Source: Bacteroidales bacterium
Lineage (GTDB): Bacteria; Bacteroidota; Bacteroidia; Bacteroidales; UBA932
Assembly (NCBI GenBank): GCA_017554335.1
Contig: JAFZIO010000053.1
Span: 492-64,491 of the forward strand
Direction of reading: 5' to 3'
Length of the DNA: 64,000 bases
Part shown: positions 10,924 to 21,112 of the stretch, piece by piece
Position numbering within the stretch: the first letter of the stretch is position 1
How the letters are laid out: the number at the start of each line of letters is the position of its first letter
Program-made: the position numbers and the translations under genes
Notes under the pieces: model-generated
What the model saw: only the letters and a program-made list of their open reading frames with translations
Databases searched by the model: none
What the model was told of the DNA's origin: nothing

Positions 10924-11925
10924 ATGAGAATCGAGAAAAATTATGATTTGAGCGGCCAGAACACCTTCCGGATGAAGGTAAAATGCGCCTGCTATATTGA
11001 ATACGAGAGCGTTGAAGAACTTGCCGGGATCGACTTCGACAGCCTGCCCAAGCCAATAAAGCACATAGGCGGCGGCTCCAACCTGCTGTTCAAGGGAGAC
11101 TTCCCCGGAACCATACTGCACTCCGCAATAAAGTTCATCAAGTATGTAGACATGGGCCTGGACGAAGTGCCCGTAATAGTGGGCTCCGGAGTCAAATGGG
11201 ACGACCTGGTGGCGGAGCTCTGCGGCCACGGACTCTGGGGCGCGGAGAACCTGTCGCTTATTCCCGGCGAAGTGGGAGCGGCCGCCGTTCAGAACATCGG
11301 CGCCTACGGAGTGGAGTTCAAGGACCTGGTTAGCGGGGTGTCCTGCTACGACCTCAAAGAGCGTTGCAAGTGCAAGTTTACGGCGCCGGAATGCCGCTAC
11401 GGCTACCGCGAGTCCATGTTCAAGGAGGCTGAAGACCGGTATATCATTACATCCGTGCTGCTGAGGGTTTCCCGCACCGCCGGCCCGCGTCTGGGTTACA
11501 AGGGCCTGGAGGGCATAGACTCCTCTACCCCGGCAAAAGTTCGCGAAGCCGTTATTGCCATACGCCGCACCAAGCTGCCCGACCCGGAAGAACTGGGAAG
11601 CGCCGGCTCCTTCTTCAAGAACCCCGTGGTGAGCGCGCTGGACTTCACCCGCATAGTGGATGCAGCACAGGGCGCCACGGTACCCCACTACATTCTGGAC
11701 GGGGGCTTCATAAAGGTTCCCGCAGCCTGGATGATAGACCAGTGCGGCTTCAAGGGGGAGCGCGAAGGCGGTGCTGCAGTTTATGAAAAACAGCCCCTTG
11801 TGATAGTGAATGCCAGCGGCGAAGCAACGCCGGATGACGTGCTGGAGCTGGAGCGCAGGATAATAGCCGGGGTGCACGAGCGCTTCGGCGTTAGCCTGCA
11901 TCCGGAAGTGGAGCATATCGGATAA
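10924..11925 (+). CDS. murB: UDP-N-acetylenolpyruvoylglucosamine reductase
   Basis: GGGSNLLF, IPGEVGAAAVQNIGAYG, GSAGSFFKNP; start MRIEKN downstream of TATATTTG promoter box. Confidence 0.95.
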   Translation: MRIEKNYDLSGQNTFRMKVKCACYIEYESVEELAGIDFDSLPKPIKHIGGGSNLLFKGDFPGTILHSAIKFIKYVDMGLDEVPVIVGSGVKWDDLVAELCGHGLWGAENLSLIPGEVGAAAVQNIGAYGVEFKDLVSGVSCYDLKERCKCKFTAPECRYGYRESMFKEAEDRYIITSVLLRVSRTAGPRLGYKGLEGIDSSTPAKVREAVIAIRRTKLPDPEELGSAGSFFKNPVVSALDFTRIVDAAQGATVPHYILDGGFIKVPAAWMIDQCGFKGEREGGAAVYEKQPLVIVNASGEATPDDVLELERRIIAGVHERFGVSLHPEVEHIG

Positions 11926-11946
11926 AATGGTATCTTTGTACTTGAT

Positions 11947-12711
11947 ATGGAATTCTTGAATTTCTCTCTGATCGACCTGATCGACATCATAATAGTGGCG
12001 GCGGTGATTTACCTCGTCTTCCGCTGGATCCGGGGCTCCTCGGCGATGAACATCTTCATCGCCATAATAATGCTGTTCCTGGCACGTGTGCTTGCAACGG
12101 CGGTGAACATGCGCATGACCTCGGCACTGCTGGGGGCCGTGCTGGACGTGGGTGCCATAGCAATCATTGTCATCTTCCAGCCGGAGCTGCGCCGCTTCCT
12201 CAACAATATAGGCCGGACCGCAGGCGACAACACGCTGATGCGCAAGCTGCTGCGGCGCCACCAGGCGGAAGGGCTGGACGCCCAGATAGTGTCCGAGATA
12301 GTTCTGGCGGTAGATCATCTGTCAGAAACCAAGACAGGAGCGCTAATAGTCATACGCCGCAAGGATAATCTGGAGAGCGTGATGGCCACGGGAGACGTAA
12401 TCGACGCCCGCGTAAGCCAGAGACTCATCAGGAACATCTTCTTCAAGAACGCGCCCCTTCACGACGGAGCCATGGTCATAGGCGACAACCTTATACTGGC
12501 AGCCCGCTGCACCCTCCCCATCACCGAGAGGCTGGACATACCCGCATCTTACGGCATGCGCCATAAAGCGGCCCTGGGCCTTGCGGAACAGTGCGACGCC
12601 ACCGTCATAGTAGTCTCTGAAGAGACCGGCCACATAACCCTCGTTCAAGGTTCCGAAGCCACCCAGATTGAATCTTCCAACGTCCTGAAACTTAAACTTC
12701 AGCAGCAATGA
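11947..12711 (+). CDS. dacA: Diadenylate cyclase (CdaA/DacA)
   Basis: Three N-terminal TM segments, FQPELRR, PLHDGA, GMRHKAA, VVSEETG. Confidence 0.92.
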   Translation: MEFLNFSLIDLIDIIIVAAVIYLVFRWIRGSSAMNIFIAIIMLFLARVLATAVNMRMTSALLGAVLDVGAIAIIVIFQPELRRFLNNIGRTAGDNTLMRKLLRRHQAEGLDAQIVSEIVLAVDHLSETKTGALIVIRRKDNLESVMATGDVIDARVSQRLIRNIFFKNAPLHDGAMVIGDNLILAARCTLPITERLDIPASYGMRHKAALGLAEQCDATVIVVSEETGHITLVQGSEATQIESSNVLKLKLQQQ

Positions 12712-15179
12712 GCGGCGAGAGACTGGAAGCCAAGCTCGGGTTCGACAAGATACGCGGCATAATCTCCGACAAGTGCAAGACCGATTATGCTGCCGGCCGC
12801 GTTGCCACGGAGAAGTTCTCCACAGCGCCCGAAACCATACGCAAGCGCCTCCAGCTCACGGACGAGATGCGTCTCATCCTGCTCTTCGAAGAGAGTTTCC
12901 CCACTACCGGATATATAGACGGACACCCTTTCCTGGAGCCGTTGCGCAAGGAGGGCAGCAGCATTGACGCCCTCGGCCTGGCCAAGCTCCGCACCCTGCT
13001 GGACACCACCCGCCGGGTGACCAACTTCTTCGGGAGCATAAAGGACGGCGTGTATCCCCGCCTGAAGGCTCTCAGCAAGCCTGTTACCACCTTCCCCGAG
13101 ATACTCCGCCGCATAGACGGCATACTGGACCGCTACGGCGACATCAAGGACTCAGCTTCGGACGAACTCTTCAACATACGCCGCAGCATAAGGGAAAAGG
13201 AGGGCGCCATTTCCAGGCGCGCCGGAGCCATACTCAAGCAGGCTCAGGCGGCCGGCATAGTAGACCCGGACGCAGCCGTGGCCATGCGCGACGGCAAGTT
13301 CCTCATCCCCGTGAACACCGCCAGCAAGCGCAAGCTCAGCGGCTTCGTGTACGACGAATCGGCCACCGGCAAGACCACCTACATCGAGCCGGCGGAGATA
13401 CTGGAGCTGGAGAACGAAATCAGCGAGCTGCAGTTCGCCCAGACGCGCGAGATCGCACGTATCCTGAGGGAGTTTACCGCATTCCTCCGGCCTTACCTGC
13501 CGGAGGTGCTGGACAGCGCCACCTTCATAGGGGAACTGGACTTCATAATGGCCAAGGCGCAGACGGCCCTGGACTTCATCGCCGGCATGCCCATAATCTC
13601 CAAGGACGGCAGCGTCAACCTCCGCAAGGCACGCCACCCGCTGCTGGAGAGGGCTCTCCAGAAAGAGGGCAAGGCCATAGTGCCGCTGACCGTGAGCCTG
13701 ACGCCCGCCAAGCGCATACTGCTCATCTCCGGCCCCAATGCCGGCGGCAAGAGTGTGTGTCTCAAGACCGTAGGCCTGCTGCAGTACATGTTCCAATGGG
13801 GCATGCTCATCCCCACATCAGAGACCTCAGAGCTGCCGGTATTCGACCGCATCGCCGTAAGCATAGGCGACGACCAGTCGCTGGAGAACGACCTCAGCAC
13901 CTACAGTTCCTTCCTGTCCGACATGCGCGACATGCTGTCGAACGCCGACGAGAAGACGCTGGTGCTGATAGACGAGTTCGGAGCGGGCACGGAACCCGCG
14001 GCGGGCGGCTCCATCGCCGAGGCCATACTTGCAGAAATCGACCGCAGGGGGGTGTGGGGCGTAATCACCACCCACTACACCAACCTCAAGCTATACGCTT
14101 CCGGGGCCGACACGCACGTGGTCAACGGAGCCATGCTGTACGACTCTTCAAAGATCGCCCCCCTCTTCGCCCTGGAAATCGGCCTGCCGGGCAATTCCTT
14201 CGCCTTCGAGCTGGCGCGCAAGATGCGGCTGCCGGAGAGCATAGTGAAGGATGCCGAAACGCGTGCCGGCGAGGAGTTCGTGGGCATAGAACGAAACCTC
14301 CGGAAGATTGCCCGCAACCGCCGCCAGCTGGACGAGAAACTGCAGAAGATAAAGCATACCGACAAGGCCCTGGAGGGCATAACGGAGCGCTACCAGCAGG
14401 AGCTGGAAGACATACGCCGCCAGCGCAAGGACATACTTGACGAGGCCCGGAAAGAGGCCGAACAGATAGTCAAGGGCGCCGGCGCGCAGGTGGAGAAGAC
14501 CATCCGCGTGATAAAGGAGTCCCAGGCCGACAAGGAGCAGACCAAGGCCGCCCGCGCCGAGCTGCAAGGCTTCCTGGGGGCCCTGGAAGAGCGCAAGAGC
14601 AAACAGCAGAAGGCCCGTGACGAGTATATAGACAAGAAGATCACCAAGCTGGAGCAGCGCAAGAAGAAGGAAGAGGCGGCGCCACAGCCGGCAAAGCCCA
14701 AATCCGAGCCCTTCAAGGTGGGCGAGAAGGTGAAGGTCAAGAGCAACGGCCTCGTGGGAGAAGTCACCCGCGTGAACGGCAAGACCGTCACAATTTCCGT
14801 GGGCAACATCTCCAGCACCATGAAGGCCGACGGACTGGAGCGCATCTCCTCCAACGAATTCCGGGAGCTGTCGCGCAAGGCCTTCAAACCCGTGCAGCAA
14901 CGCGTAGACGCTTCCATCAGCGCCCGCAAGCTGAACTTTCACCCTGAAATCGACATACGCGGCGCACGCCTTGCGGACGCCCTGGACATAGTAACCCACT
15001 ACATCGACGACGCCATAATGCTCAACATCGGCGAAGTGCGGATTATCCACGGCAAAGGCACCGGCGTGCTGCACGAAGAGATACAGAAATATCTCCGGAC
15101 CATACCCGGCATTGCCCGCGTTTCCGACGAGGACGTCAGGATAGGCGGCTCCGGAGTAACCATTGTAACACTAGAATGA
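12708..15179 (+). CDS. mutS2: Endonuclease MutS2
   Basis: SGPNAGGKS Walker A, DEFGAGTEP, TTHY, C-terminal Smr domain IIHGKGTG. Confidence 0.95.
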   Translation: MSGERLEAKLGFDKIRGIISDKCKTDYAAGRVATEKFSTAPETIRKRLQLTDEMRLILLFEESFPTTGYIDGHPFLEPLRKEGSSIDALGLAKLRTLLDTTRRVTNFFGSIKDGVYPRLKALSKPVTTFPEILRRIDGILDRYGDIKDSASDELFNIRRSIREKEGAISRRAGAILKQAQAAGIVDPDAAVAMRDGKFLIPVNTASKRKLSGFVYDESATGKTTYIEPAEILELENEISELQFAQTREIARILREFTAFLRPYLPEVLDSATFIGELDFIMAKAQTALDFIAGMPIISKDGSVNLRKARHPLLERALQKEGKAIVPLTVSLTPAKRILLISGPNAGGKSVCLKTVGLLQYMFQWGMLIPTSETSELPVFDRIAVSIGDDQSLENDLSTYSSFLSDMRDMLSNADEKTLVLIDEFGAGTEPAAGGSIAEAILAEIDRRGVWGVITTHYTNLKLYASGADTHVVNGAMLYDSSKIAPLFALEIGLPGNSFAFELARKMRLPESIVKDAETRAGEEFVGIERNLRKIARNRRQLDEKLQKIKHTDKALEGITERYQQELEDIRRQRKDILDEARKEAEQIVKGAGAQVEKTIRVIKESQADKEQTKAARAELQGFLGALEERKSKQQKARDEYIDKKITKLEQRKKKEEAAPQPAKPKSEPFKVGEKVKVKSNGLVGEVTRVNGKTVTISVGNISSTMKADGLERISSNEFRELSRKAFKPVQQRVDASISARKLNFHPEIDIRGARLADALDIVTHYIDDAIMLNIGEVRIIHGKGTGVLHEEIQKYLRTIPGIARVSDEDVRIGGSGVTIVTLE

Positions 15180-16258
15180 AAGACCCACATTTTTACTGCG
15201 TAATCATGGCCGGAGGCCTGGGAACGAGGTTCTGGCCGGTAAGCAGGGAATCTAAGCCTAAGCAGTTTATGAACTTCACAAAGTCAGGGAAGTCTATGCT
15301 GAGACTGGCTTACAATCGCGTTCTTAACATTGTTCCAAAGGAGAACATAATTATTGTCTCCCTTGAAAGATACCGGGACCTGGTGCTCGCCGAAGTCCCG
15401 GAAATTGAAGAAGGCACACTGCTGATGGAGCCGTGCAACCGCAATACCGCCTCCTGCATTGCCTACGCATGCTACTCCATACTTAAAAGGGATCCTGACG
15501 CGGTGGTGCTTACCATGCCCTCCGACCAGGTTATCGACGGCCCTGAACTGTTCCAGGAGACCGTACTGAACGGCCTGGATTACGCCGCGGAGCACGACGT
15601 GTTGCTTACCCTCGGCATACTTCCCCGCCGTGCCGACCCCAACTTCGGATACATACAGACGGCCGAACCCATAAAGGGAGGCAAACCGGTAAAGGTCAAG
15701 ACCTTCACTGAAAAACCCGACAAAGAGCTGGCGCAGGTGTTCCTGGACAGCGGAGAATTCCTCTGGAACTCTGGCATCTTCATCTGGAAAGCCTCTGTAA
15801 TTGCCGAGGACATTGAGCGTTATGCCCCGGAAGTGGCAGCCCACTGGAACGGTTGGGAACAGTATATCGCCACTCCCTACGAGCAGGAATATCTGGAACG
15901 CATCTACCCCGACATGCCACGTACGTCCATAGATTACGCCGTGATGGAAAAGTCCGACAGGGTAATGACCATTCCCGCCACCTTCGACTGGAACGACCTT
16001 GGCAACTGGGATTCCCTGTTCGAGTATTTCCTCTCCGACGATAAGGGTAACGCATTCAAAATCAGCGGTTCAAGCATTATAGACGACATAGAGGGATCGC
16101 TGGTTTATTCTCCCCGCACGGACAGGATTGTTGCAATTAAAGGATTAAAAGACTATATTGTCATCGATGGCAACGAGGTGCTGATGATATGCCCCCGCGA
16201 CGAGGTGAAAGACCTCATTGCAAACCTCTCGCTGCCGGAATATGAAAAATTCAGATAG
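15176..16258 (+). CDS. manC: Mannose-1-phosphate guanylyltransferase
   Basis: IMAGGLGTRFWPVSRESKPKQF, FTEKP, WNSGIF, SIDYAVMEK, WNDLGNW. Confidence 0.92.
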   Translation: MKDPHFYCVIMAGGLGTRFWPVSRESKPKQFMNFTKSGKSMLRLAYNRVLNIVPKENIIIVSLERYRDLVLAEVPEIEEGTLLMEPCNRNTASCIAYACYSILKRDPDAVVLTMPSDQVIDGPELFQETVLNGLDYAAEHDVLLTLGILPRRADPNFGYIQTAEPIKGGKPVKVKTFTEKPDKELAQVFLDSGEFLWNSGIFIWKASVIAEDIERYAPEVAAHWNGWEQYIATPYEQEYLERIYPDMPRTSIDYAVMEKSDRVMTIPATFDWNDLGNWDSLFEYFLSDDKGNAFKISGSSIIDDIEGSLVYSPRTDRIVAIKGLKDYIVIDGNEVLMICPRDEVKDLIANLSLPEYEKFR

Positions 16259-16261
16259 GAT

Positions 16262-17422
16262 ATGAGTTTGCTGATAAAGAACGTTTTGCTTGACGGGCGC
16301 CGCTGCAACATCCTGGTGCGCGACGAACGCTTTGTGTGCCTGGATGCGGCAGAATCCGCAGAAGCGGAAAAGGTGCTGGACGCCGGCGGCGCAGCCATAC
16401 TGCCTGCCTTCTACAACACCCACACCCATGCCGCCATGACCCTTCTGCGCGGCTACGGAGACGACAATCCCCTGCACGTGTGGCTGGAGGAATACGTCTG
16501 GCCGTACGAAGACAAGCTTACCGCGGCAGATATCCGCCGCGGCTCGGAGCTGGCCCTGAAGGAGATGATTGCCACCGGCACCGTGTTCTTCAGCGACATG
16601 TACTTCGATATAGACGAAACAATCGCAGCCGTACAGGAAAGCGGCATACGCGCCGCCATCGGAATAACCGTGATGGATTATCACCCCAAGGCTCTGAGGG
16701 ACGAGAAGGCCAGGAAGGTACGCGAATGGCGCGACACCGACCGTCTGCAGCTGACGGTAGCGCCGCACGCCATCTACACCGTCGGCCGGGAGACCCTCAT
16801 AAGCTCCGCCCGCCTGGCACGGGAGAACGGCCGCAAGATACATATCCACTTGTCGGAGACCGCCAAGGAGGTGCAGGACTGCATAGCCCAGACCGGCATG
16901 ACGCCGGTGCGCTACCTGGACAGCATAGGCATCCTGGGGTCCGACGTGATAGCAGCGCACTGCGTGCACGTGGACAAGGAGGAATGGGATATACTGGCCG
17001 GGCGCGGCGTAACCGTGAGCCACTGCCCCTGCTCCAACATGAAGCTGGGCAGCGGACGCTTCCCCTACGAGCTGGCGATTGCCAGCGGGGTACGGGTTAC
17101 CCTTGGCACCGACGGCTGCAGTTCCAACAACAACCTGGACATGAGGGAGGAGATGAAGATTGCCGCCCTGCTGGCCAAGGTGACGGGAGACACCGCCCTG
17201 CTGAGCGCCCCTCAGGTGCTGCAGTGGGCAACCCGCAACGGCGCGGAGGCCTTCGGCTACGACGCCGGCGTGATTGCGGAAGGCAAGCTGGCGGACGCCA
17301 TACTGGTGTCGATGGACGGCCCCAAGATGCAGCCGTGCCATAATTTGATATCCAATTGGGTGTATTCTGCAGACTCATCCTGCATTAAACACGTAATCTG
17401 TAACGGAAAAATATTGCTATGA
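16262..17422 (+). CDS. Amidohydrolase, MTA/SAH deaminase-like
   Basis: NTHTH, HIHLSET, AAHCVH, LGTDGCSSNNNLD. Confidence 0.85.
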   Translation: MSLLIKNVLLDGRRCNILVRDERFVCLDAAESAEAEKVLDAGGAAILPAFYNTHTHAAMTLLRGYGDDNPLHVWLEEYVWPYEDKLTAADIRRGSELALKEMIATGTVFFSDMYFDIDETIAAVQESGIRAAIGITVMDYHPKALRDEKARKVREWRDTDRLQLTVAPHAIYTVGRETLISSARLARENGRKIHIHLSETAKEVQDCIAQTGMTPVRYLDSIGILGSDVIAAHCVHVDKEEWDILAGRGVTVSHCPCSNMKLGSGRFPYELAIASGVRVTLGTDGCSSNNNLDMREEMKIAALLAKVTGDTALLSAPQVLQWATRNGAEAFGYDAGVIAEGKLADAILVSMDGPKMQPCHNLISNWVYSADSSCIKHVICNGKILL

Positions 17423-18831
17423 ACAAATTTCTGGAAAGACGCAAGCAGCTCCGCTCGCTGCTGGGCGACGAAAAAGGACTGGTCATTTTCCTGGGCAACA
17501 TAGATTCTGCGGCCCAGTACAGGGACAATGCATATAAGTGGCGCCAGGACAGCAACTGGCTGTATTTCTACGGCATAGACGAGCCGCGCTTCGCCGCGGC
17601 GATGGACCTGGATTCGGGCTCCGAGACTGTGTACGCCGACGATTACGAGATAGACGACATCATCTGGACCGGCCCCATGCCTTCAGTGGCCTCGCTGGCC
17701 GCCGGCGCAGGTGTGGAGAACTCCGCCCCGTACGCCGCGTTCGACCGCGACGTCAAGGCCGCCCTGGCTGCAGGACGCCGTGTGCACTGGCTGCCCGTCT
17801 CCCGCTGGTACAACGCCGTGAAGATAGCCGAGCTGTTCGGGCTCGCTCCGGCAGACTGCTACAGTGCGGGCAAGAAAGGCTGCCCGCACGCCTCGGAGGC
17901 ACTCGTGCGCGCCGTGGTGAAGATGCGCCTGGTGAAGGATGCCGGCGAGATCGAGCTGCTGGACGCTGCCGCCGAGATAGGCTACGCCATGCATACCGCC
18001 GCCCGCAAGGGCATACGCCTGGGGCGCGTTGAGCAGGAGATAGTCGGCGATATGGAGGCCGTCACGCTCTCCTACGGCTGGGGCACGTCGTTCGCGACCA
18101 TCCTCACCCAGCACGGTGAGATCTTCCACTGCCACTCGCACGCCTGCCCGGTGGAACCGGGACGCCTGCTGCTGGTGGACGCCGGAGCCGAGAGCAACGA
18201 GCATTATGCATCCGACCATACCCGCACCTACCCTACCGGAGGCCGCTTCACGCCTCGTCAGAGGGACATTTATCAGATAGTTTACGAGTGCAACGAGCTG
18301 GCGTTCAGCATGACGCGGCCCGGCGTCGCCTACCGTGACGTGCACATCGGAGCAGTGCGCCACATGCTGGACCGACTGGGGCAGCTGGGGCTGGTCCGCG
18401 GAGACCTGGACGAAATGGTCGCCGACGGCATAGGAGGCCTCTTCATGCCGCACGGACTCGGGCACAACATGGGTCTGGACGTGCATGATATGGAGGACCT
18501 CGGCGAGAACCTGGTGGGCTACGACGACGACCAGGTACGCTCATCGCAGCTGGGCCTCGGAAGCCTGCGTATGGCACGCCGGCTGGTTCCGGGGAACGTG
18601 ATTACGGACGAGCCGGGCATCTATTTCATACCGGCGCTGATCGCCCAGTGGAAGGATGGCGGCGTGGACAAGGGACGCGTGTGCTACGACAAGCTGGAGG
18701 AGTATCTTGACTTCGGCGGAATACGTCTGGAGGACGACGTGCTGGTGACGGCCGACGGCGCCCGCAGGCTGGGTTCGCGCCGCCTGCCTATAGCTCCGGA
18801 CGAAGTTGAACAAGCAATGGCGGAGGACTAG
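17419..18831 (+). CDS. pepP: Xaa-Pro aminopeptidase (M24B)
   Basis: DAGAE, ASDHTRT, PHGLGH..GLDVHD, EPGIYF, GGIRLEDD. Confidence 0.9.
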   Translation: MNKFLERRKQLRSLLGDEKGLVIFLGNIDSAAQYRDNAYKWRQDSNWLYFYGIDEPRFAAAMDLDSGSETVYADDYEIDDIIWTGPMPSVASLAAGAGVENSAPYAAFDRDVKAALAAGRRVHWLPVSRWYNAVKIAELFGLAPADCYSAGKKGCPHASEALVRAVVKMRLVKDAGEIELLDAAAEIGYAMHTAARKGIRLGRVEQEIVGDMEAVTLSYGWGTSFATILTQHGEIFHCHSHACPVEPGRLLLVDAGAESNEHYASDHTRTYPTGGRFTPRQRDIYQIVYECNELAFSMTRPGVAYRDVHIGAVRHMLDRLGQLGLVRGDLDEMVADGIGGLFMPHGLGHNMGLDVHDMEDLGENLVGYDDDQVRSSQLGLGSLRMARRLVPGNVITDEPGIYFIPALIAQWKDGGVDKGRVCYDKLEEYLDFGGIRLEDDVLVTADGARRLGSRRLPIAPDEVEQAMAED

Positions 18832-18834
18832 CTT

Positions 18835-19569
18835 ATGGGACTTCTTGACGGTAAAATCGCCCTGGTTACGGGAGGATCCCGTGGCATAGGCTTATGCATA
18901 GTGCGCCGTTTTCTGGAAGAGGGAGCGAGTGTGGCTTTCACCTGCAGGCACCTGCCGGAGGGCCTTCTGGACGAGCTTTCCCCGCTTGGGCCCGTGTGCG
19001 CGTACGAGTCGGACGCGACTGATTTCAAGGCCGCCCACGAGGTGGTTGACAAGGTAATGGAGCGCTTCGGGCGCATTGACGTGCTGATGTGCAACGCCGG
19101 CATAAGCAAGGATACGCTGCTGGTTCGCATGACCGAAGATGTGTTCGACGAAGTGGTTACCAACAATCTGAAGTCTGCTTTCAATTATACCCAGGCAGTA
19201 AGCGGGATTATGGCACGCCAGCGCAGCGGGAGCATCATTTTCATGGGCTCTTCAGCCGGACTGCACGGCAATCCCGGGCAGGCGAATTACGCCGCTTCCA
19301 AGGGAGGGCTCGTGGGTCTTGCCAAAGCCACCGCCAAGGAACTCGGCAGCCGCGGGGTGCGAGCGAACGTGCTGGCCCCCGGATTTATAGATGCCGGCCT
19401 GCTGGATACCATGAGCGACAAACTCAAAGAGTATTGGCTGAATTATATTCCCCTGCATCGCTGGGGCACAAAGGAGGAGGTTGCCGGGGTGGCGCTCTTC
19501 CTGGCCAGCGACCTTTCAACTTATGTTACCTCGCAGGTAATCGATTGTTGCGGAGGGCTTACGAGCTAG
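18835..19569 (+). CDS. fabG: 3-oxoacyl-ACP reductase (SDR)
   Basis: TGGSRGIG, NAGI, YAASK. Confidence 0.85.
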   Translation: MGLLDGKIALVTGGSRGIGLCIVRRFLEEGASVAFTCRHLPEGLLDELSPLGPVCAYESDATDFKAAHEVVDKVMERFGRIDVLMCNAGISKDTLLVRMTEDVFDEVVTNNLKSAFNYTQAVSGIMARQRSGSIIFMGSSAGLHGNPGQANYAASKGGLVGLAKATAKELGSRGVRANVLAPGFIDAGLLDTMSDKLKEYWLNYIPLHRWGTKEEVAGVALFLASDLSTYVTSQVIDCCGGLTS

Positions 19570-19572
19570 CTT

Positions 19573-20289
19573 ATGGATCCTAAACTTAAACGACTGAACT
19601 TCAAGACTTTGATACTCTCGACATCGGATTTTCTGATGCCGAGGGTTTGTTTATGCTGCGGGCGCCAGCTGCTGCCGGGCGAGCGTCATTTGTGCTGCGT
19701 GTGCCTGGCGGACATGCCGTTCACCCATTACGAGGGGCAGGTTCACAATCCCATGGCGAATATGTTCAATTCGCGTGTTTCTTCTACTGGGTACGAGAGG
19801 GCGGCGGCGCTGTTCTTTTACACCGGGGGCTACAGGAAGATAACGCAGGCGCTTAAGTACGGGCGTAATTTCCGCGCGGGCCGTTGGTTTGCTTCGCTTC
19901 TGGGCGAGAAGCTGGCCGGAGCCGGCTGGGAGGTTGACGTGGTGTGCCCGGTGCCGCTGCATTGGGTACGACGTTTCAGGCGAGGGTACAATCAGGCGGA
20001 GGTGATAGGGCGCGAGGTGGCGCGGGCGCTGGGCGTGCCGTTCGAGCCTCGGCTGCTACAGAGGGCGCGACGTACGGCCTCCCAGACTCGCCTTTCCGCC
20101 GAGGAGCGCGGCCGCAATCTCTCCGGGGCGTTCAGGGTCCGCAAGGGGTCCACCGATGTTAAGTCAGTGCTGATTATCGACGATGTGTTCACCACCGGGG
20201 CAACGGTGGCGGCGTGCGACGCGGCACTGCGGGAGGCCTTCGGGCCGGAGATTCGCGTCAGCGTGGCCACATTGGCGTTCGCAGAGTGA
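19573..20289 (+). CDS. comF: ComF family amidophosphoribosyltransferase-like protein
   Basis: CxxC...CxxC zinc ribbon, PVPLH, RGYNQ, IIDDVFTTGAT. Confidence 0.9.
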   Translation: MDPKLKRLNFKTLILSTSDFLMPRVCLCCGRQLLPGERHLCCVCLADMPFTHYEGQVHNPMANMFNSRVSSTGYERAAALFFYTGGYRKITQALKYGRNFRAGRWFASLLGEKLAGAGWEVDVVCPVPLHWVRRFRRGYNQAEVIGREVARALGVPFEPRLLQRARRTASQTRLSAEERGRNLSGAFRVRKGSTDVKSVLIIDDVFTTGATVAACDAALREAFGPEIRVSVATLAFAE

Positions 20290-20311
20290 ATATTTTTCGC
20301 TATCTTTCGAC

Positions 20312-21100
20312 ATGAAACGAATCGCAAGAGTACTTCTGTTGGTGGCGCTAGCATGCATGGCGCTGCCGGCCCAGGGTCAGAAACGCCAGTCGGAACCGTC
20401 CAAGCACATAATCAAACCGAGCGCCAGCCGTCCGGCGCACAGCCCCTACCAGGGCTGCCGCAACTATGGCAAGAGCATCGCCGTATTCGGCGGGTCGCTG
20501 TCGGTCAACAAGGAATCCGACGTGGCAAAGCAGCTCTGGGCGGACCTGCTGAACGCTAAAGTTACCACCTACGGTGTGGGAGGGGCAGGTTTCGCCAGCA
20601 GCCGCGGGTACTCCATCCAGAAGCAGGTGGACACAGCCGGGGTGTACGACGTCTACGTGCTGTGGGCGTCGACCAACGACTTCATGGGCGGCGAGGAGTG
20701 CGGCTCGTGGCTGGACTACACCGGTCAGGACGGCTACGACGAGAGCCGGCTGGACACCCAGTGCGGCGGCATCAACTACTGCATCCGGAAGCTGAGGGAG
20801 AAGAACCCGCAGGCAGAGATTTACTTCTTCACTTCCCTGAGGTTCTTCCGCCGGGAATCGGGCTACAACCCCTTCTCGACCGATGTAAACGAGGCCGGTG
20901 AGTCATTTTACGACTTTGTGCAGGCCCAGATCGAGTGCTGCCACTACCACGGGGTGCCCGTGCTGGACCAGTTCAGCCTGCAGGGCGTGGACATACACAA
21001 CTGCAACAGTTTCTACCTGGAAGACAAACTGCATATGAATGAAGCCGGGTACCGCAAGATTGCGCCCATGCAGGTCGCTTTTCTCGCAAACGGCTTTTAA
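20312..21100 (+). CDS. Secreted SGNH/GDSL hydrolase
   Basis: Signal peptide, FGGSLS (block I), STND (block III), DKLH (block V). Confidence 0.8.
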   Translation: MKRIARVLLLVALACMALPAQGQKRQSEPSKHIIKPSASRPAHSPYQGCRNYGKSIAVFGGSLSVNKESDVAKQLWADLLNAKVTTYGVGGAGFASSRGYSIQKQVDTAGVYDVYVLWASTNDFMGGEECGSWLDYTGQDGYDESRLDTQCGGINYCIRKLREKNPQAEIYFFTSLRFFRRESGYNPFSTDVNEAGESFYDFVQAQIECCHYHGVPVLDQFSLQGVDIHNCNSFYLEDKLHMNEAGYRKIAPMQVAFLANGF

Positions 21101-21112
21101 TAACACACTTAA